A stretch of 64,000 nt of DNA from Escherichia coli. Its GTDB lineage: Bacteria > Pseudomonadota > Gammaproteobacteria > Enterobacterales > Enterobacteriaceae. The translations under genes were made by a program, and so were the position numbers. A model generated the notes under the pieces. That model did not search any database and was not told the origin of the DNA. It saw only the letters and a program-made list of their open reading frames with translations. The stretch is taken from NCBI RefSeq assembly GCF_044324875.1, contig NZ_CP172185.1; one strand, written 5' to 3'. This document shows, one piece after another, positions 1 to 10,839 of the stretch. Within the stretch, counting starts at the first letter, position 1; every line of letters begins with the position of its first letter.

Positions 1-134
1 ACATAAGAGAATGCGATGGCTTGCAAAAGTAATTCATTGCCTGAATAATATAAATTATATATAAATCTTATTTATGTGATAGTTTGAATTATCATTATAA
101 ATGATACTCACTCTCAGGGGCGTTGCGGTTTACT

Positions 135-857
135 ATGCAGGATACGGATTTTTTCAGCTGGCGTCGCACGATGCTGTTGCGTTTTCAGAGGATGGAGGCC
201 GCAGAAGAGGTCTACCATGAAATAGAGCTTCAGGCTCAGCAGCTGGAGTACGATTACTATTCGTTATGTGTTCGCCACCCGGTACCATTCACGCGACCTA
301 AAGTGGCTTTCTACACCAATTACCCTGAGGCGTGGGTTAGTTATTATCAGGCAAAAAATTTTCTCGCAATTGATCCGGTGCTGAACCCTGAAAACTTTAG
401 TCAGGGCCATTTAATGTGGAATGATGACTTATTCAGCGAAGCACAGCCGTTATGGGAAGCTGCGCGCGCACATGGTTTACGCCGCGGTGTCACTCAGTAT
501 TTAATGCTGCCAAATCGGGCGCTGGGCTTTTTGTCCTTTTCCCGTTGCAGCACGCGCGAAATACCCATTCTTAGTGATGAACTGCAATTAAAAATGCAGT
601 TACTGGTGCGCGAAAGTCTGATGGCTCTGATGCGTTTAAATGATGAAATAGTGATGACGCCAGAGATGAATTTCAGCAAGCGCGAAAAAGAAATTCTGAA
701 ATGGACGGCGGAAGGGAAGACATCAGCAGAGATAGCGATGATTTTGTCAATCTCTGAGAATACGGTCAATTTCCATCAGAAAAACATGCAGAAAAAAATC
801 AATGCACCAAATAAGACCCAGGTGGCCTGTTATGCGGCCGCTACTGGCTTAATTTGA
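135..857 (+). CDS. sdiA: SdiA, LuxR-family quorum-sensing/cell-division transcriptional regulator
   Basis: ORF 123..857; protein begins MQDTDFFSWRR at first ATG (135) after an in-frame TTG; C-terminal LuxR-type HTH (EIAMILSISENTVNFHQKN); 240 aa as expected. Confidence 0.93.
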   Translation: MQDTDFFSWRRTMLLRFQRMEAAEEVYHEIELQAQQLEYDYYSLCVRHPVPFTRPKVAFYTNYPEAWVSYYQAKNFLAIDPVLNPENFSQGHLMWNDDLFSEAQPLWEAARAHGLRRGVTQYLMLPNRALGFLSFSRCSTREIPILSDELQLKMQLLVRESLMALMRLNDEIVMTPEMNFSKREKEILKWTAEGKTSAEIAMILSISENTVNFHQKNMQKKINAPNKTQVACYAAATGLI

Positions 858-884
858 TCGCTTTTCTTTCTGCGTGCCAGATGC

Positions 885-920
885 AAAAACCGGCTGAAAG
901 GCACGCTCTCAGCCGGTTTT
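885..920. terminator. Bidirectional intrinsic terminator between convergent sdiA and yecF
   Basis: Stem ccggctga (890-897) / tcagccgg (909-916) flanked by A5 and T4 runs. Confidence 0.6.
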
Positions 921-923
921 ATA

Positions 924-1148
924 TTACTGACGGTAGGCTTGTTTAATTTGCTTAACCGTTTTGGAAAATACTGCAGCCTGGGTTTCGTCTTCGATCAGCG
1001 CAAGCTGTTTTTCCATCTTTAACATCACGCGGCCCGCGTCAGCTTGTCCCATCGCCTGCAGCATCAGCGTCAGCATCGCTTTCAGGCAGGAGACTTCATT
1101 TGCCAGTTCTTGATTATTCTCGGCAGTAGAAAAATCAGGCGTACTCAT
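924..1148 (-). CDS. yecF: YecF, small DUF2594 protein
   Basis: 74-aa [21 protein letters not shown]...; matches remembered YecF; position between sdiA and uvrY. Confidence 0.85.
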
Positions 1149-1606
1149 TTATTTTCCTCGTCATGTTGCAATGAAAATTTGCGGTGAAAAATGTTAAGGC
1201 GGCGGAGTATACCATAAGCTTTGCTAAAAATAGCAGTGGTTGTTTTTTGAGCGTGATATCGGCAGTGCTATAAAATACGTTAATATAATGACCAATAAAT
1301 ATTTTTATCATGAATGTTTTTTGCCCGTATTGTTCGGGTTAATTAATGTTACATATTCAGCGGGCTGATTTTCATTTTTGCTGAATAAAGTCAATTTTTG
1401 TCACATTTCATCGCAGGGCTTACTGTGAAACGATCCCGGAAGCCGTTGGTGACGGGCGTGACCATAACTGTGGACAATCGAATTTACAAAAACGAGAGAA
1501 AAATCGAATACCCACCATTTTTAACGTTTCAAAGTTGCAATAAAAACCGCTAATATACGAATGACTAACTATCAGTAGCGTTATCCCTATTTCTGGAGAT
1601 ATTCCT

Positions 1607-2263
1607 TTGATCAACGTTCTACTTGTTGATGACCACGAACTGGTGCGCGCAGGGATACGACGCATTCTGGAAGATATAAAGGGTATAAAAGTCGTCGGTG
1701 AGGCATCGTGCGGTGAAGACGCCGTTAAGTGGTGCCGGGCAAATGCCGTTGACGTGGTGCTAATGGACATGAGTATGCCGGGCATTGGCGGTCTTGAGGC
1801 GACGCGTAAAATCGCGCGTTCCACAGCTGATGTCAAAATCATCATGCTTACCGTCCATACAGAAAACCCTTTACCAGCGAAAGTCATGCAGGCCGGTGCT
1901 GCGGGCTACCTCAGCAAAGGCGCGGCTCCGCAGGAAGTAGTGAGTGCGATCCGTTCTGTCTATTCAGGGCAGCGTTACATTGCATCTGACATCGCTCAAC
2001 AAATGGCGTTAAGCCAGATCGAACCAGAAAAAACAGAAAGCCCATTTGCCAGTTTGTCTGAACGTGAATTGCAGATTATGCTGATGATCACCAAGGGCCA
2101 GAAGGTCAATGAGATCTCAGAACAGCTCAATCTCAGTCCGAAAACGGTGAACAGCTACCGCTATCGTATGTTCAGTAAACTAAACATTCATGGCGATGTT
2201 GAGCTGACTCACCTGGCAATTCGCCATGGTCTGTGTAATGCGGAGACATTATCAAGTCAGTGA
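1607..2263 (+). CDS. uvrY: UvrY, response regulator of the BarA/UvrY two-component system
   Basis: 218 aa; TTG start with GGAG RBS 9-14 nt upstream; receiver domain ([16 protein letters not shown]54 in VLMDMSMPG) and LuxR HTH at C-terminus. Confidence 0.93.
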   Translation: MINVLLVDDHELVRAGIRRILEDIKGIKVVGEASCGEDAVKWCRANAVDVVLMDMSMPGIGGLEATRKIARSTADVKIIMLTVHTENPLPAKVMQAGAAGYLSKGAAPQEVVSAIRSVYSGQRYIASDIAQQMALSQIEPEKTESPFASLSERELQIMLMITKGQKVNEISEQLNLSPKTVNSYRYRMFSKLNIHGDVELTHLAIRHGLCNAETLSSQ

Positions 2264-4092
2264 GTGATCAGTTTGACGCAAAAGCGTTTTTAAAAACCGT
2301 AACCAGCCAGCCAGGCGTTTATCGCATGTACGATGCTGGTGGTACGGTTATCTATGTCGGCAAAGCGAAAGACCTGAAAAAACGGCTTTCCAGCTATTTC
2401 CGTAGCAACCTCGCTTCGCGCAAAACCGAAGCGCTGGTCGCCCAGATCCAGCAAATTGATATAACGGTTACTCATACAGAAACCGAAGCGCTGTTGCTGG
2501 AACACAACTACATCAAACTCTATCAGCCGCGTTACAACGTTTTGCTACGCGATGATAAATCTTATCCCTTTATCTTCCTGAGTGGCGATACCCACCCGCG
2601 TCTGGCGATGCATCGTGGTGCGAAGCATGCCAAAGGTGAATATTTCGGCCCGTTCCCGAATGGCTATGCCGTACGTGAAACACTGGCGCTACTGCAAAAG
2701 ATATTCCCCATTCGCCAGTGCGAAAATAGTGTTTATCGCAATCGCTCGCGTCCGTGTCTGCAATATCAGATAGGGCGCTGTCTGGGACCGTGCGTTGAAG
2801 GACTGGTGAGTGAAGAAGAATACGCTCAGCAGGTCGAGTATGTGCGCCTGTTTTTGTCTGGCAAAGATGATCAGGTGCTTACGCAACTCATTATCCGTAT
2901 GGAAACTGCCAGCCAGAATCTGGAGTTTGAAGAAGCGGCACGTATTCGCGACCAAATTCAGGCGGTGCGACGCGTCACCGAAAAACAGTTTGTGTCCAAT
3001 ACCGGCGACGACCTTGACGTTATTGGTGTGGCGTTCGATGCGGGCATGGCTTGTGTCCACGTATTGTTCATTCGTCAGGGTAAAGTGCTCGGCAGCCGCA
3101 GCTATTTCCCGAAAGTGCCGGGCGGTACGGAACTGAGCGAGGTGGTAGAAACCTTCGTAGGTCAGTTCTATTTACAAGGCAGCCAGATGCGCACCTTACC
3201 GGGTGAGATCCTGCTCGATTTTAATCTTAGCGATAAAACGCTGCTCGCCGATTCCCTTTCAGAACTGGCGGGACGCAAGATTAATGTTCAAACCAAACCT
3301 CGCGGCGATCGGGCGCGTTATCTGAAACTCGCGCGCACCAATGCGGCGACGGCCTTAACCAGCAAACTTTCGCAGCAATCTACCGTTCACCAGCGGCTGA
3401 CCGCGCTTGCCAGCGTATTGAAATTGCCGGAAGTGAAGCGGATGGAGTGCTTTGACATCAGCCATACCATGGGTGAACAAACCGTCGCTTCCTGTGTGGT
3501 GTTTGATGCCAACGGCCCGCTGCGTGCGGAGTATCGGCGCTATAACATTACTGGCATCACGCCGGGCGATGATTACGCGGCGATGAATCAGGTGCTGCGT
3601 CGGCGTTATGGTAAAGCTATCGACGACAGTAAAATCCCGGATGTGATCCTTATTGACGGCGGCAAAGGCCAGCTTGCGCAGGCGAAAAATGTCTTCGCCG
3701 AACTGGATGTCTCATGGGATAAAAATCATCCGCTGCTACTTGGCGTTGCCAAAGGAGCAGATCGTAAGGCTGGGCTGGAAACGCTGTTCTTTGAGCCGGA
3801 AGGTGAGGGATTTAGTTTGCCGCCAGATTCTCCCGCGCTGCATGTTATCCAGCATATTCGCGATGAATCACACGATCACGCGATTGGCGGGCACCGTAAG
3901 AAACGGGCGAAGGTCAAAAATACCAGTTCCCTGGAAACCATTGAAGGCGTCGGGCCAAAACGTCGGCAAATGTTGTTGAAATATATGGGCGGTTTGCAAG
4001 GTTTACGTAACGCCAGCGTTGAGGAAATTGCAAAAGTGCCGGGTATTTCGCAAGGTCTGGCAGAAAAGATCTTCTGGTCGTTGAAACATTGA
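2260..4092 (+). CDS. uvrC: UvrC, excinuclease ABC subunit C
   Basis: 610 aa; GTG start overlapping uvrY stop (GTGA); GIY-YIG motif ([24 protein letters not shown]) at N-terminus. Confidence 0.95.
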   Translation: MSDQFDAKAFLKTVTSQPGVYRMYDAGGTVIYVGKAKDLKKRLSSYFRSNLASRKTEALVAQIQQIDITVTHTETEALLLEHNYIKLYQPRYNVLLRDDKSYPFIFLSGDTHPRLAMHRGAKHAKGEYFGPFPNGYAVRETLALLQKIFPIRQCENSVYRNRSRPCLQYQIGRCLGPCVEGLVSEEEYAQQVEYVRLFLSGKDDQVLTQLIIRMETASQNLEFEEAARIRDQIQAVRRVTEKQFVSNTGDDLDVIGVAFDAGMACVHVLFIRQGKVLGSRSYFPKVPGGTELSEVVETFVGQFYLQGSQMRTLPGEILLDFNLSDKTLLADSLSELAGRKINVQTKPRGDRARYLKLARTNAATALTSKLSQQSTVHQRLTALASVLKLPEVKRMECFDISHTMGEQTVASCVVFDANGPLRAEYRRYNITGITPGDDYAAMNQVLRRRYGKAIDDSKIPDVILIDGGKGQLAQAKNVFAELDVSWDKNHPLLLGVAKGADRKAGLETLFFEPEGEGFSLPPDSPALHVIQHIRDESHDHAIGGHRKKRAKVKNTSSLETIEGVGPKRRQMLLKYMGGLQGLRNASVEEIAKVPGISQGLAEKIFWSLKH

Positions 4093-4148
4093 TGTCTCTG
4101 TAGCAACATAGGGGTAATCTTACTGACAACAGATAGTTACCCGTCATT

Positions 4149-4697
4149 ATGCAATTTAATATCCCTACGTTGCTTACACTGTTCCGTGTCATCCTTATCC
4201 CATTCTTTGTATTGGTCTTTTATCTGCCTGTCACCTGGTCGCCGTTTGCCGCCGCGCTCATTTTCTGCGTCGCGGCGGTGACTGACTGGTTCGATGGTTT
4301 TCTGGCACGCCGCTGGAACCAGAGTACCCGGTTTGGTGCTTTCCTTGACCCTGTGGCAGATAAAGTTCTCGTGGCTATCGCCATGGTGCTGGTAACCGAG
4401 CATTATCACAGCTGGTGGGTGACCTTACCGGCAGCAACGATGATCGCCCGTGAAATTATTATTTCTGCGCTACGTGAATGGATGGCGGAGTTGGGTAAAC
4501 GCAGTAGCGTGGCTGTCTCCTGGATTGGGAAAGTGAAAACCACTGCCCAGATGGTGGCGTTGGCCTGGCTGCTGTGGCGTCCGAACATTTGGGTTGAGTA
4601 CGCCGGTATTGCACTTTTCTTTGTGGCTGCGGTACTGACTCTGTGGTCAATGTTGCAATATTTGAGCGCTGCGCGTGCAGATTTGCTTGATCAGTGA
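4149..4697 (+). CDS. pgsA: PgsA, CDP-diacylglycerol--glycerol-3-phosphate 3-phosphatidyltransferase
   Basis: 182 aa membrane protein [20 protein letters not shown]... with CDP-alcohol phosphatidyltransferase motif (DWFDGFLAR...[10 protein letters not shown]). Confidence 0.95.
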
Positions 4698-4747
4698 TCG
4701 TTTCGGCGCAATTTTCAGCAAACGATCAAAAGTGGTGAAAAATATCG

Positions 4748-4775
4748 TTGACTCATCGCGCCAGGTAAGTAGAAT
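4748..4775 (+). promoter_or_regulatory. sigma70 promoter of the glyW-cysT-leuZ tRNA operon (TTGACT-16 nt-TAGAAT, GC-rich discriminator)
   Basis: TTGACT at 4748-4753, TAGAAT at 4770-4775, followed by gcaacgc; AT-rich UP-like region upstream. Confidence 0.7.
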
Positions 4776-4848
4776 GCAACGCATCGAACGGCGGCACTGA
4801 TTGCCAGACGATAATAAAATCAAGTGATTAACTGATTGCTTGATGAAT

Positions 4849-4924
<76 letters not shown>

Positions 4925-4978
4925 GTTTAAAAGACATCGGCGTCAAGCGGATGTCTGGCTGAAAGGCCTGAAGAATTT

Positions 4979-5052
4979 GGCGCGTTAACAAAGCGGTTAT
5001 GTAGCGGATTGCAAATCCGTCTAGTCCGGTTCGACTCCGGAACGCGCCTCCA
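4979..5052 (+). tRNA. cysT: tRNA-Cys (anticodon GCA)
   Basis: GGCGCGTTAACAAAGCGGTTATGTAGCGGATTGCAAATCCGTCTAGTCCGGTTCGACTCCGGAACGCGCCTCCA. Confidence 0.97.
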
Positions 5053-5064
5053 CTTTCTTCCCGA

Positions 5065-5151
5065 GCCCGGATGGTGGAATCGGTAGACACAAGGGATTTA
5101 AAATCCCTCGGCGTTCGCGCTGTGCGGGTTCAAGTCCCGCTCCGGGTACCA
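5065..5151 (+). tRNA. leuZ: tRNA-Leu (anticodon TAA), long variable arm
   Basis: GCCCGGATGGTGGAATCGGTAGACACAAGGGATTTAAAATCCCTCGGCGTTCGCGCTGTGCGGGTTCAAGTCCCGCTCCGGGTACCA. Confidence 0.97.
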
Positions 5152-5195
5152 TGGGAAAGATAAGAATAAAATCAAAGCAATAAGCAGTGTCGTGA

Positions 5196-5219
5196 AACCA
5201 CCTTCGGGTGGTTTTTTTG
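5196..5219 (+). terminator. Intrinsic terminator of the tRNA operon
   Basis: aaaccaccttcgggtggttt hairpin followed by T7 run. Confidence 0.8.
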
Positions 5220-5346
5220 TGCCTGCAACTTGTCGTTACACCCTCCTTAATTTTTAATCACCGGCAAAGCCACTCAAAAAGTATCTCTGTTACGGACCGA
5301 CATGTAAGATAGGTGCTGGCGAGTTGAGATCCACAAGGAAAAGCGT

Positions 5347-6012
5347 ATGAAAACGGGACCGTTAAACGAAAGTGAGTTGGAATGGCTGGACGATATTCTG
5401 ACCAAATACAACACTGACCACGCCATTCTTGATGTGGCGGAGCTGGACGGTTTATTGACGGCGGTGTTGAGTTCTCCGCAAGAGATTGAACCGGCACAGT
5501 GGCTGGTTGCCGTGTGGGGTGGGGCTGACTATGTGCCGCGCTGGGCATCAGAGAAAGAGATGACGCGCTTTATGAACCTGGCCTTTCAACATATGGCCGA
5601 TACCGCAGAGCGTCTGAACGAATTCCCGGAGCAGTTTGAGCCGTTATTCGGCTTGCGAGAAGTCGATGGCAGCGAGCTGACGATTGTTGAGGAGTGGTGC
5701 TTTGGCTATATGCGGGGCGTGGCGCTTTCTGACTGGTCAACGTTACCCGATTCGTTAAAACCAGCGCTGGAGGCGATTGCGCTGCACGGTACTGAGGAAA
5801 ACTTCGAGCGGGTAGAGAAGATGTCGCCAGAAGCGTTTGAAGAGAGCGTAGATGCCATTCGACTGGCGGCGCTTGATCTACATGCGTACTGGATGGCGCA
5901 TCCGCAGGAAAAAGCTGTTCAGCAACCGATCAAAGCAGAAGAGAAACCGGGGCGTAATGATCCTTGCCCGTGCGGTAGTGGTAAGAAATTTAAGCAGTGC
6001 TGCCTGCATTAA
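5347..6012 (+). CDS. yecA: YecA, UPF0149 protein with C-terminal SEC-C metal-binding motif
   Basis: 221 aa; C-terminal [17 protein letters not shown] motif. Confidence 0.92.
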   Translation: MKTGPLNESELEWLDDILTKYNTDHAILDVAELDGLLTAVLSSPQEIEPAQWLVAVWGGADYVPRWASEKEMTRFMNLAFQHMADTAERLNEFPEQFEPLFGLREVDGSELTIVEEWCFGYMRGVALSDWSTLPDSLKPALEAIALHGTEENFERVEKMSPEAFEESVDAIRLAALDLHAYWMAHPQEKAVQQPIKAEEKPGRNDPCPCGSGKKFKQCCLH

Positions 6013-6073
6013 GAGATCAAATTGGGTGTCAGCGTTAATTCTGGCACCCAATAAGGAATTTGAGGCTATCTAA

Positions 6074-7285
6074 TCACCCCACTTCTGGTAACAAGCCTGC
6101 TGCAATCAAAAATTGCACGCTAATCACAGCAATACCACAGAGAAACACCACCACCAGCGCCGGACGACCACCTTTCACCCGGTAACCCGCCTGAGGATTG
6201 TGCTTTCTGCTTTGCCAGGTCAACAGCGAAGGGATAATCAATGCCAGTAGCGCCAGCGCCACACCGGCGTAACCCAGCGCCATCACAAATCCTCGTGGAT
6301 AAAACAGTGCAAACGCCAACGGCGGCAGAAAGGTAATTGCACCAGTTTGCAATCGTCCACCAACGGTATTTGAACGCTGAAACAAATCTGCCAGATAATC
6401 AAATAAACCTAACGCAACGCCGAGAAATGACGTGGCGAGGGCTAAATCAGCAAATAAATGCACCGCCAGCTCAACATGCGGAGAGGCCACCATTTCGCGT
6501 AACGCCTGTAACAGCCCGTTTAATCCGGCATGATTAGCCAGCAATCCCATAAAGGTTGTTGAATCAATGCTGCCAAGCGTCGCCACCTGCCAGAAAATAT
6601 ATGCCACCAGGGGGATCGCACTACCGATTATAAACACCCAGCGTAGCTTACGAATGTTGCCATCCATATAGCTGACAATACTCGGCACGCTACCGTGAAA
6701 ACCAAACGATGTAAAAATCACCGGGATTGCAGATAGTGCCAGCCCCTGTTGCAACGGCAGGGTTAAAAGATTCACCTTGTGAATATGCGGAAGCAGCAGT
6801 ACCAGCATCACCACCAGAAAAATAATTTTGGCGCTGAACAGAAAACGGTTAAATAAATCGACCAGCGAAGTTCCGACACAAACCACGCCACCGGCAACAA
6901 AAGTGAACAACAGCACGCCAGCGGTTGCCGACATTGAAATACCTGTCCAGTCGCTGATGCTGGAGGCCAACAATTCACCAGCCCCGCTGATGTATGCCGC
7001 AGTCAGAGCATACATTAAGAACATCATACTGAAGCCCGTCAGCCACTGACCGTAGCGTCCCAGATAGCGTTTTGCCAGCGTGCCCAGACCGGTATCTGCC
7101 GGGACATGCTGGTACACCTCCAGCAGTAATAGCGCCGTGTAGCACATCAACGCCCAAAGCCCAATCAACAAGATTAACGTGACGCTAAAACCAACACCTG
7201 CCGCAGCCAGCGGCATTGCCAGCATGCCTGCGCCAATTGTGGTTCCCGCCACGATAAAAACACTTCCCAGAGTTCTGTTTTTCAC
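6074..7285 (-). CDS. tyrP: TyrP, tyrosine-specific transporter
   Basis: 403 aa polytopic membrane protein [30 protein letters not shown]...; aromatic amino acid permease family. Confidence 0.95.
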   Translation of the reverse strand: MKNRTLGSVFIVAGTTIGAGMLAMPLAAAGVGFSVTLILLIGLWALMCYTALLLLEVYQHVPADTGLGTLAKRYLGRYGQWLTGFSMMFLMYALTAAYISGAGELLASSISDWTGISMSATAGVLLFTFVAGGVVCVGTSLVDLFNRFLFSAKIIFLVVMLVLLLPHIHKVNLLTLPLQQGLALSAIPVIFTSFGFHGSVPSIVSYMDGNIRKLRWVFIIGSAIPLVAYIFWQVATLGSIDSTTFMGLLANHAGLNGLLQALREMVASPHVELAVHLFADLALATSFLGVALGLFDYLADLFQRSNTVGGRLQTGAITFLPPLAFALFYPRGFVMALGYAGVALALLALIIPSLLTWQSRKHNPQAGYRVKGGRPALVVVFLCGIAVISVQFLIAAGLLPEVG

Positions 7286-7376
7286 GCTTTCTTCTGTCCT
7301 GACGATCTTTATGAGTGATATCTGCGGCGCAGGTTAAGGCATAACGGCTGCTTCGTCAAACCGGCGTTACATATGG

Positions 7377-7394
7377 TGTAAATATAAATGTACA
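7377..7394. promoter_or_regulatory. TyrR box (TGTAAA-N6-TGTACA) in the tyrP promoter region
   Basis: tgtaaatataaatgtaca matches TyrR box consensus TGTAAA-N6-TTTACA; about 90 bp upstream of tyrP start. Confidence 0.7.
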
Positions 7395-7476
7395 ATAAAA
7401 TGCGTTCAGTCCTGCGCTGGCGCAAAGTCTTGGTAAGCGGCAATCGCTACGCTAGGCTTTTTTTTGAGGAGGAACG

Positions 7477-7716
7477 ATGGACTCTATTCACGGTCATGAA
7501 GTGTTAAATATGATGATTGAATCAGGCGAGCAATATACGCATGCCAGTCTGGAAGCTGCGATTAAAGCGCGTTTTGGTGAACAGGCACGTTTTCACACCT
7601 GCTCGGCAGAAGGGATGACAGCGGGAGAGCTGGTGGCGTTTCTGGCAGCAAAAGGCAAATTTATACCTTCGGAAGAAGGTTTTTCGACCGATCAGAGTAA
7701 GATTTGCCGTCACTGA
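7477..7716 (+). CDS. yecH: YecH, small DUF2492 protein
   Basis: 79-aa ORF MDSIHGHEVLNMMIESGEQYTHASLEAAIKARFGEQARFHTCSAEGM... Confidence 0.85.
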   Translation: MDSIHGHEVLNMMIESGEQYTHASLEAAIKARFGEQARFHTCSAEGMTAGELVAFLAAKGKFIPSEEGFSTDQSKICRH

Positions 7717-7753
7717 TTTGAAACGGCGGCAGTAAACCTGCCGCCGGAGAACA

Positions 7754-8251
7754 TTAGTTTTGAGTGTCGAGGGTAGAGAGTTCTTTGTCGATAAAATACA
7801 AACCTTCGCCGCTTTTGCCTGCAAGACTTAATTTATCAATAATCGATTTGAACAGTTTCTCTTCTTCATGCTGCTCAGAAACATACCATTGCAGGAAATT
7901 AAATGTTGGGTAGTCCTGATTGGTCATTGCAGCATGAGCCAGTTCGTTAATTTTCTGCGTGATTAATTGTTCGTGTTTATAGGTTTCCTGGAATAATTCA
8001 TCAAGTGAGGAATATTCAGCAAACGGAGATTCAACGGTATTAATACGCGGTAAGTTGCCGGTATCAGTCAGATAATCAAACAGACGCTGCATATGCGTCA
8101 TCTCTTCCTGGGCGTGACGGCGCAGGAACGCGGCAGCACCTTCGAAGGTATGATAGCTGCACCAGGCGCTCATTTGCTGATAAAGCAGTGAAGAGTACAG
8201 TTCCAGGTTCATCTGCTCATTAAGTTTTTCAATCATTTCTGGTTTCAGCAT
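7754..8251 (-). CDS. ftnA: FtnA, ferritin (iron storage)
   Basis: 165 aa from [30 protein letters not shown]...; ferritin ferroxidase residues; ORF track extends 5 codons upstream (MWSTI) but the known start is MLKPEM. Confidence 0.93.
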
Positions 8252-8422
8252 GATAGTGCTCCACAAAGGTTATATTTGTTGCTGTGGCGTCACTATAATT
8301 TGTTATTTTATTATTTGCAAAAGGTAAAATATAAACTTCATTTATTAAAAATACGAATGGGAATAAAACGCATTACCGCTATTTATTTAATCAGCGAAGA
8401 TCCCCCTCGCTGATTAAAACAT

Positions 8423-8746
8423 TTAGAGAAAGACAGGGAAGGCGGAATGATGGCACTGATATGACAAAGTGAATTCCGTATTCAAACATAAGGAATCCGC
8501 AAAAAGGCTACAGTTGCCTACTGGCTGACCAAAGGGGATAGCGTGGGTATAGCCTTCCTGTTGGCATGCGCGATCGGCGATCCCGCGACTGACATAACGA
8601 TCGGTATGGGCATGCTGCAAAAAAGCCTGGTCATAAACCAACCGTACAATACCTGTTGCCGCGTCAACTTCGCTCACATGGGCCTGGCGAGTAACCGTAC
8701 ACCCCGCCAGCGTTATTAATGAAAGAGTCAGAATCAGAAGTCTCAT
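8423..8746 (-). CDS. yecR: YecR, putative lipoprotein (flagellar regulon member)
   Basis: 107 aa; N-terminal lipoprotein signal MRLLILTLSLITLAGC. Confidence 0.85.
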   Translation of the reverse strand: MRLLILTLSLITLAGCTVTRQAHVSEVDAATGIVRLVYDQAFLQHAHTDRYVSRGIADRACQQEGYTHAIPFGQPVGNCSLFADSLCLNTEFTLSYQCHHSAFPVFL

Positions 8747-8910
8747 GGTCCAGCCAGAAGAGTAAGAGAAAGCACTATTTTACGTGTTACAGCGCTGCGA
8801 CAATGGCCGAAAAAGACGCCTGGCAGGCGCTATTTCTTGCCATCTGTAGGTGTCAGAAATGGGGGGGCTGCTTTTTGATTATCATTTTTATAACATTAAA
8901 GGGGTATTTA

Positions 8911-8926
8911 TGTGATTTACATCACA
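8911..8926. promoter_or_regulatory. CRP-binding site (TGTGA-N6-TCACA) upstream of azuC
   Basis: tgtgatttacatcaca is a perfect match to the CRP core consensus; about 80 bp upstream of azuC ATG. Confidence 0.7.
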
Positions 8927-9008
8927 TAAAGATTGATTTTTGTGATGGTTGTCATATTATAAGCGCAAAGACAATAACACCTGTATAACAAATGGTCGGA
9001 GTGCCGCG

Positions 9009-9095
9009 ATGAAACTGCGCAAAATCCTGAAAAGTATGTTCAATAACTATTGCAAGACGTTCAAAGACGTACCGCCAGGCAATATGTTCCGATAA
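9009..9095 (+). CDS. azuC: AzuC, 28-aa small membrane-associated protein
   Basis: Manual translation: MKLRKILKSMFNNYCKTFKDVPPGNMFR*; not in ORF track (too short); followed by intrinsic terminator (cctgctccggcaggtttttttgt, about 9099-9125). Confidence 0.8.
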   Translation: MKLRKILKSMFNNYCKTFKDVPPGNMFR

Positions 9096-9209
9096 CAAAA
9101 AACCTGCTCCGGCAGGTTTTTTTGTGTCCTGATGACGGTGGATGTGACTATCGCTGAAGATGTGAAGCCGCTACTATAACGGCTTTCAAAATGCTATCAG
9201 GAGTTTACG

Positions 9210-9461
9210 ATGTCCCAGCCGCTGAATGCCGATCAGGAACTGGTTTCTGATGTGGTTGCTTGCCAGTTGGTTATCAAACAAATTCTCGACGTTCTGGATG
9301 TAATCGCGCCCGTTGAAGTTCGCGAAAAAATGTCCAGCCAGCTGAAGAATATCGACTTTACTCACCATCCCGCCGCCGCAGACCCGGTCACCATGCGGGC
9401 AATCCAAAAAGCCATCGCGCTGATTGAACTCAAGTTTACCCCACAGGGCGAATCCCATTAA
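9210..9461 (+). CDS. yecJ: YecJ, DUF2766 protein
   Basis: 83-aa [30 protein letters not shown]... Confidence 0.85.
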   Translation: MSQPLNADQELVSDVVACQLVIKQILDVLDVIAPVEVREKMSSQLKNIDFTHHPAAADPVTMRAIQKAIALIELKFTPQGESH

Positions 9462-9539
9462 AAAACCGCTGCTTCAAAAAGATGAGGCAGCGGTTTCTCA
9501 AAAACGTCATCGGCGCAATTGCATTAGCGCCGATGACGA

Positions 9540-10043
9540 TCAATGCAGCTGATGCGACACGACATTCAGAACATGTTGGTCGGTCTGCACAGGGCACATA
9601 CCAGCAAGTTTCGCACTGCGCACTTCATCAAGAATGGTTTGCAGCAACAGGCCATCATGCTGCTGTTCTTTTTCCAGATCGCGCAGGAAATTGACGGTTG
9701 AATCATCATTCAGTTCTTTCGCTTCATCGGCTAACTGTGCCAACGTACTAGAACGTTGCTCGTATTCTTCCATCGTTTTTTGGAAAAGTTCTTCCAGTGA
9801 GTTCAGTTTTTCACCGGGAACATCAATGGCTTTAACGATGGGAGTAGCGCCGACACTCTTCATAAAGTTAAACATGCGCATCATTTGGGTCACGTTACTC
9901 TGTGCCTGGGCGCGAAGGAAAGTGGCGGTGCCGTTCAGACTCTGTTCAGAACACCAGTTACTCAGGTGAAGGTAGAGATTGGATGCGTAAAACTCGCGGT
10001 TCATTTGAGAGTTGAGTTTGAGAAGCATTCCAGCGGTTGCCAT
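9540..10043 (-). CDS. ftnB: FtnB, ferritin-like protein
   Basis: 167 aa [30 protein letters not shown]...; ferritin-like fold, paralog of ftnA. Confidence 0.92.
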   Translation of the reverse strand: MATAGMLLKLNSQMNREFYASNLYLHLSNWCSEQSLNGTATFLRAQAQSNVTQMMRMFNFMKSVGATPIVKAIDVPGEKLNSLEELFQKTMEEYEQRSSTLAQLADEAKELNDDSTVNFLRDLEKEQQHDGLLLQTILDEVRSAKLAGMCPVQTDQHVLNVVSHQLH

Positions 10044-10839
10044 ACCTAATATCCTTATATCCAGAAGTGGAGAGGTGCAAGATAAATCAAAACACCATAA
10101 TTACTGTTTGCAGAATAATTCCTTTCTGCCGGTCCGAAATGTGATCGTGGAGTCAATTCTGACGATGATCTGAAATAAGAATAACGTCTGAACGGGTATA
10201 AGAAAATGCTTAAATCATCAAGTTTATATATTTTTACATTTCATTGATGAAATCAATGTAACTGCAATGAATTTTAATGATAGTGCTTTTTGTATCTTGT
10301 TGATATTAATCGATGAATTTGAATTCATGATGAAGTGATGATTTTATAAAACGTTTTTTCATTTTTGCGAGATGGCTCTCATTATACGTGTTCTGTTAAT
10401 TAATGAGCACAGTGATAATTAATGGCGAAATGAATGACGCGCATTTTCCACATCTTTGAGTTGTGGTTATTACACCCTTTCAAAAACTCAACGCCAGGTA
10501 ATGCGGCCTGTTGACTGGTTAAAAAGAAGACATCCCGCATGGGTACCAAAGACAACAAGGATTTCCAGGCTAATCTTATGGATTAATCTGCTGTGCACTA
10601 GACAATTTGTCAGACAAATTGGCTTTCCCTTATGTCTTTTCCCGCTAAATTTATGCACGTTCTCACTGTAATTCTGCGATGTGATATTGCTCTCCTATGG
10701 AGAATTAATTTCTCGCTAAAACTATGTCAACACAGTCACTTATCTTTTAGTTAAAAGGTAATGCTTTGTTTTCCGATTAATTTAACGAATGTCATTCGTT
10801 TTTGCCCTACACAAAACGACACTAAAGCTGGAGAGAACC

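Noticed and set aside
1420-1887. 155-aa - strand ORF overlapping the uvrY 5' end
   Set aside because: Overlaps the well-supported uvrY coding sequence on the opposite strand and the uvrY promoter; no plausible start context.
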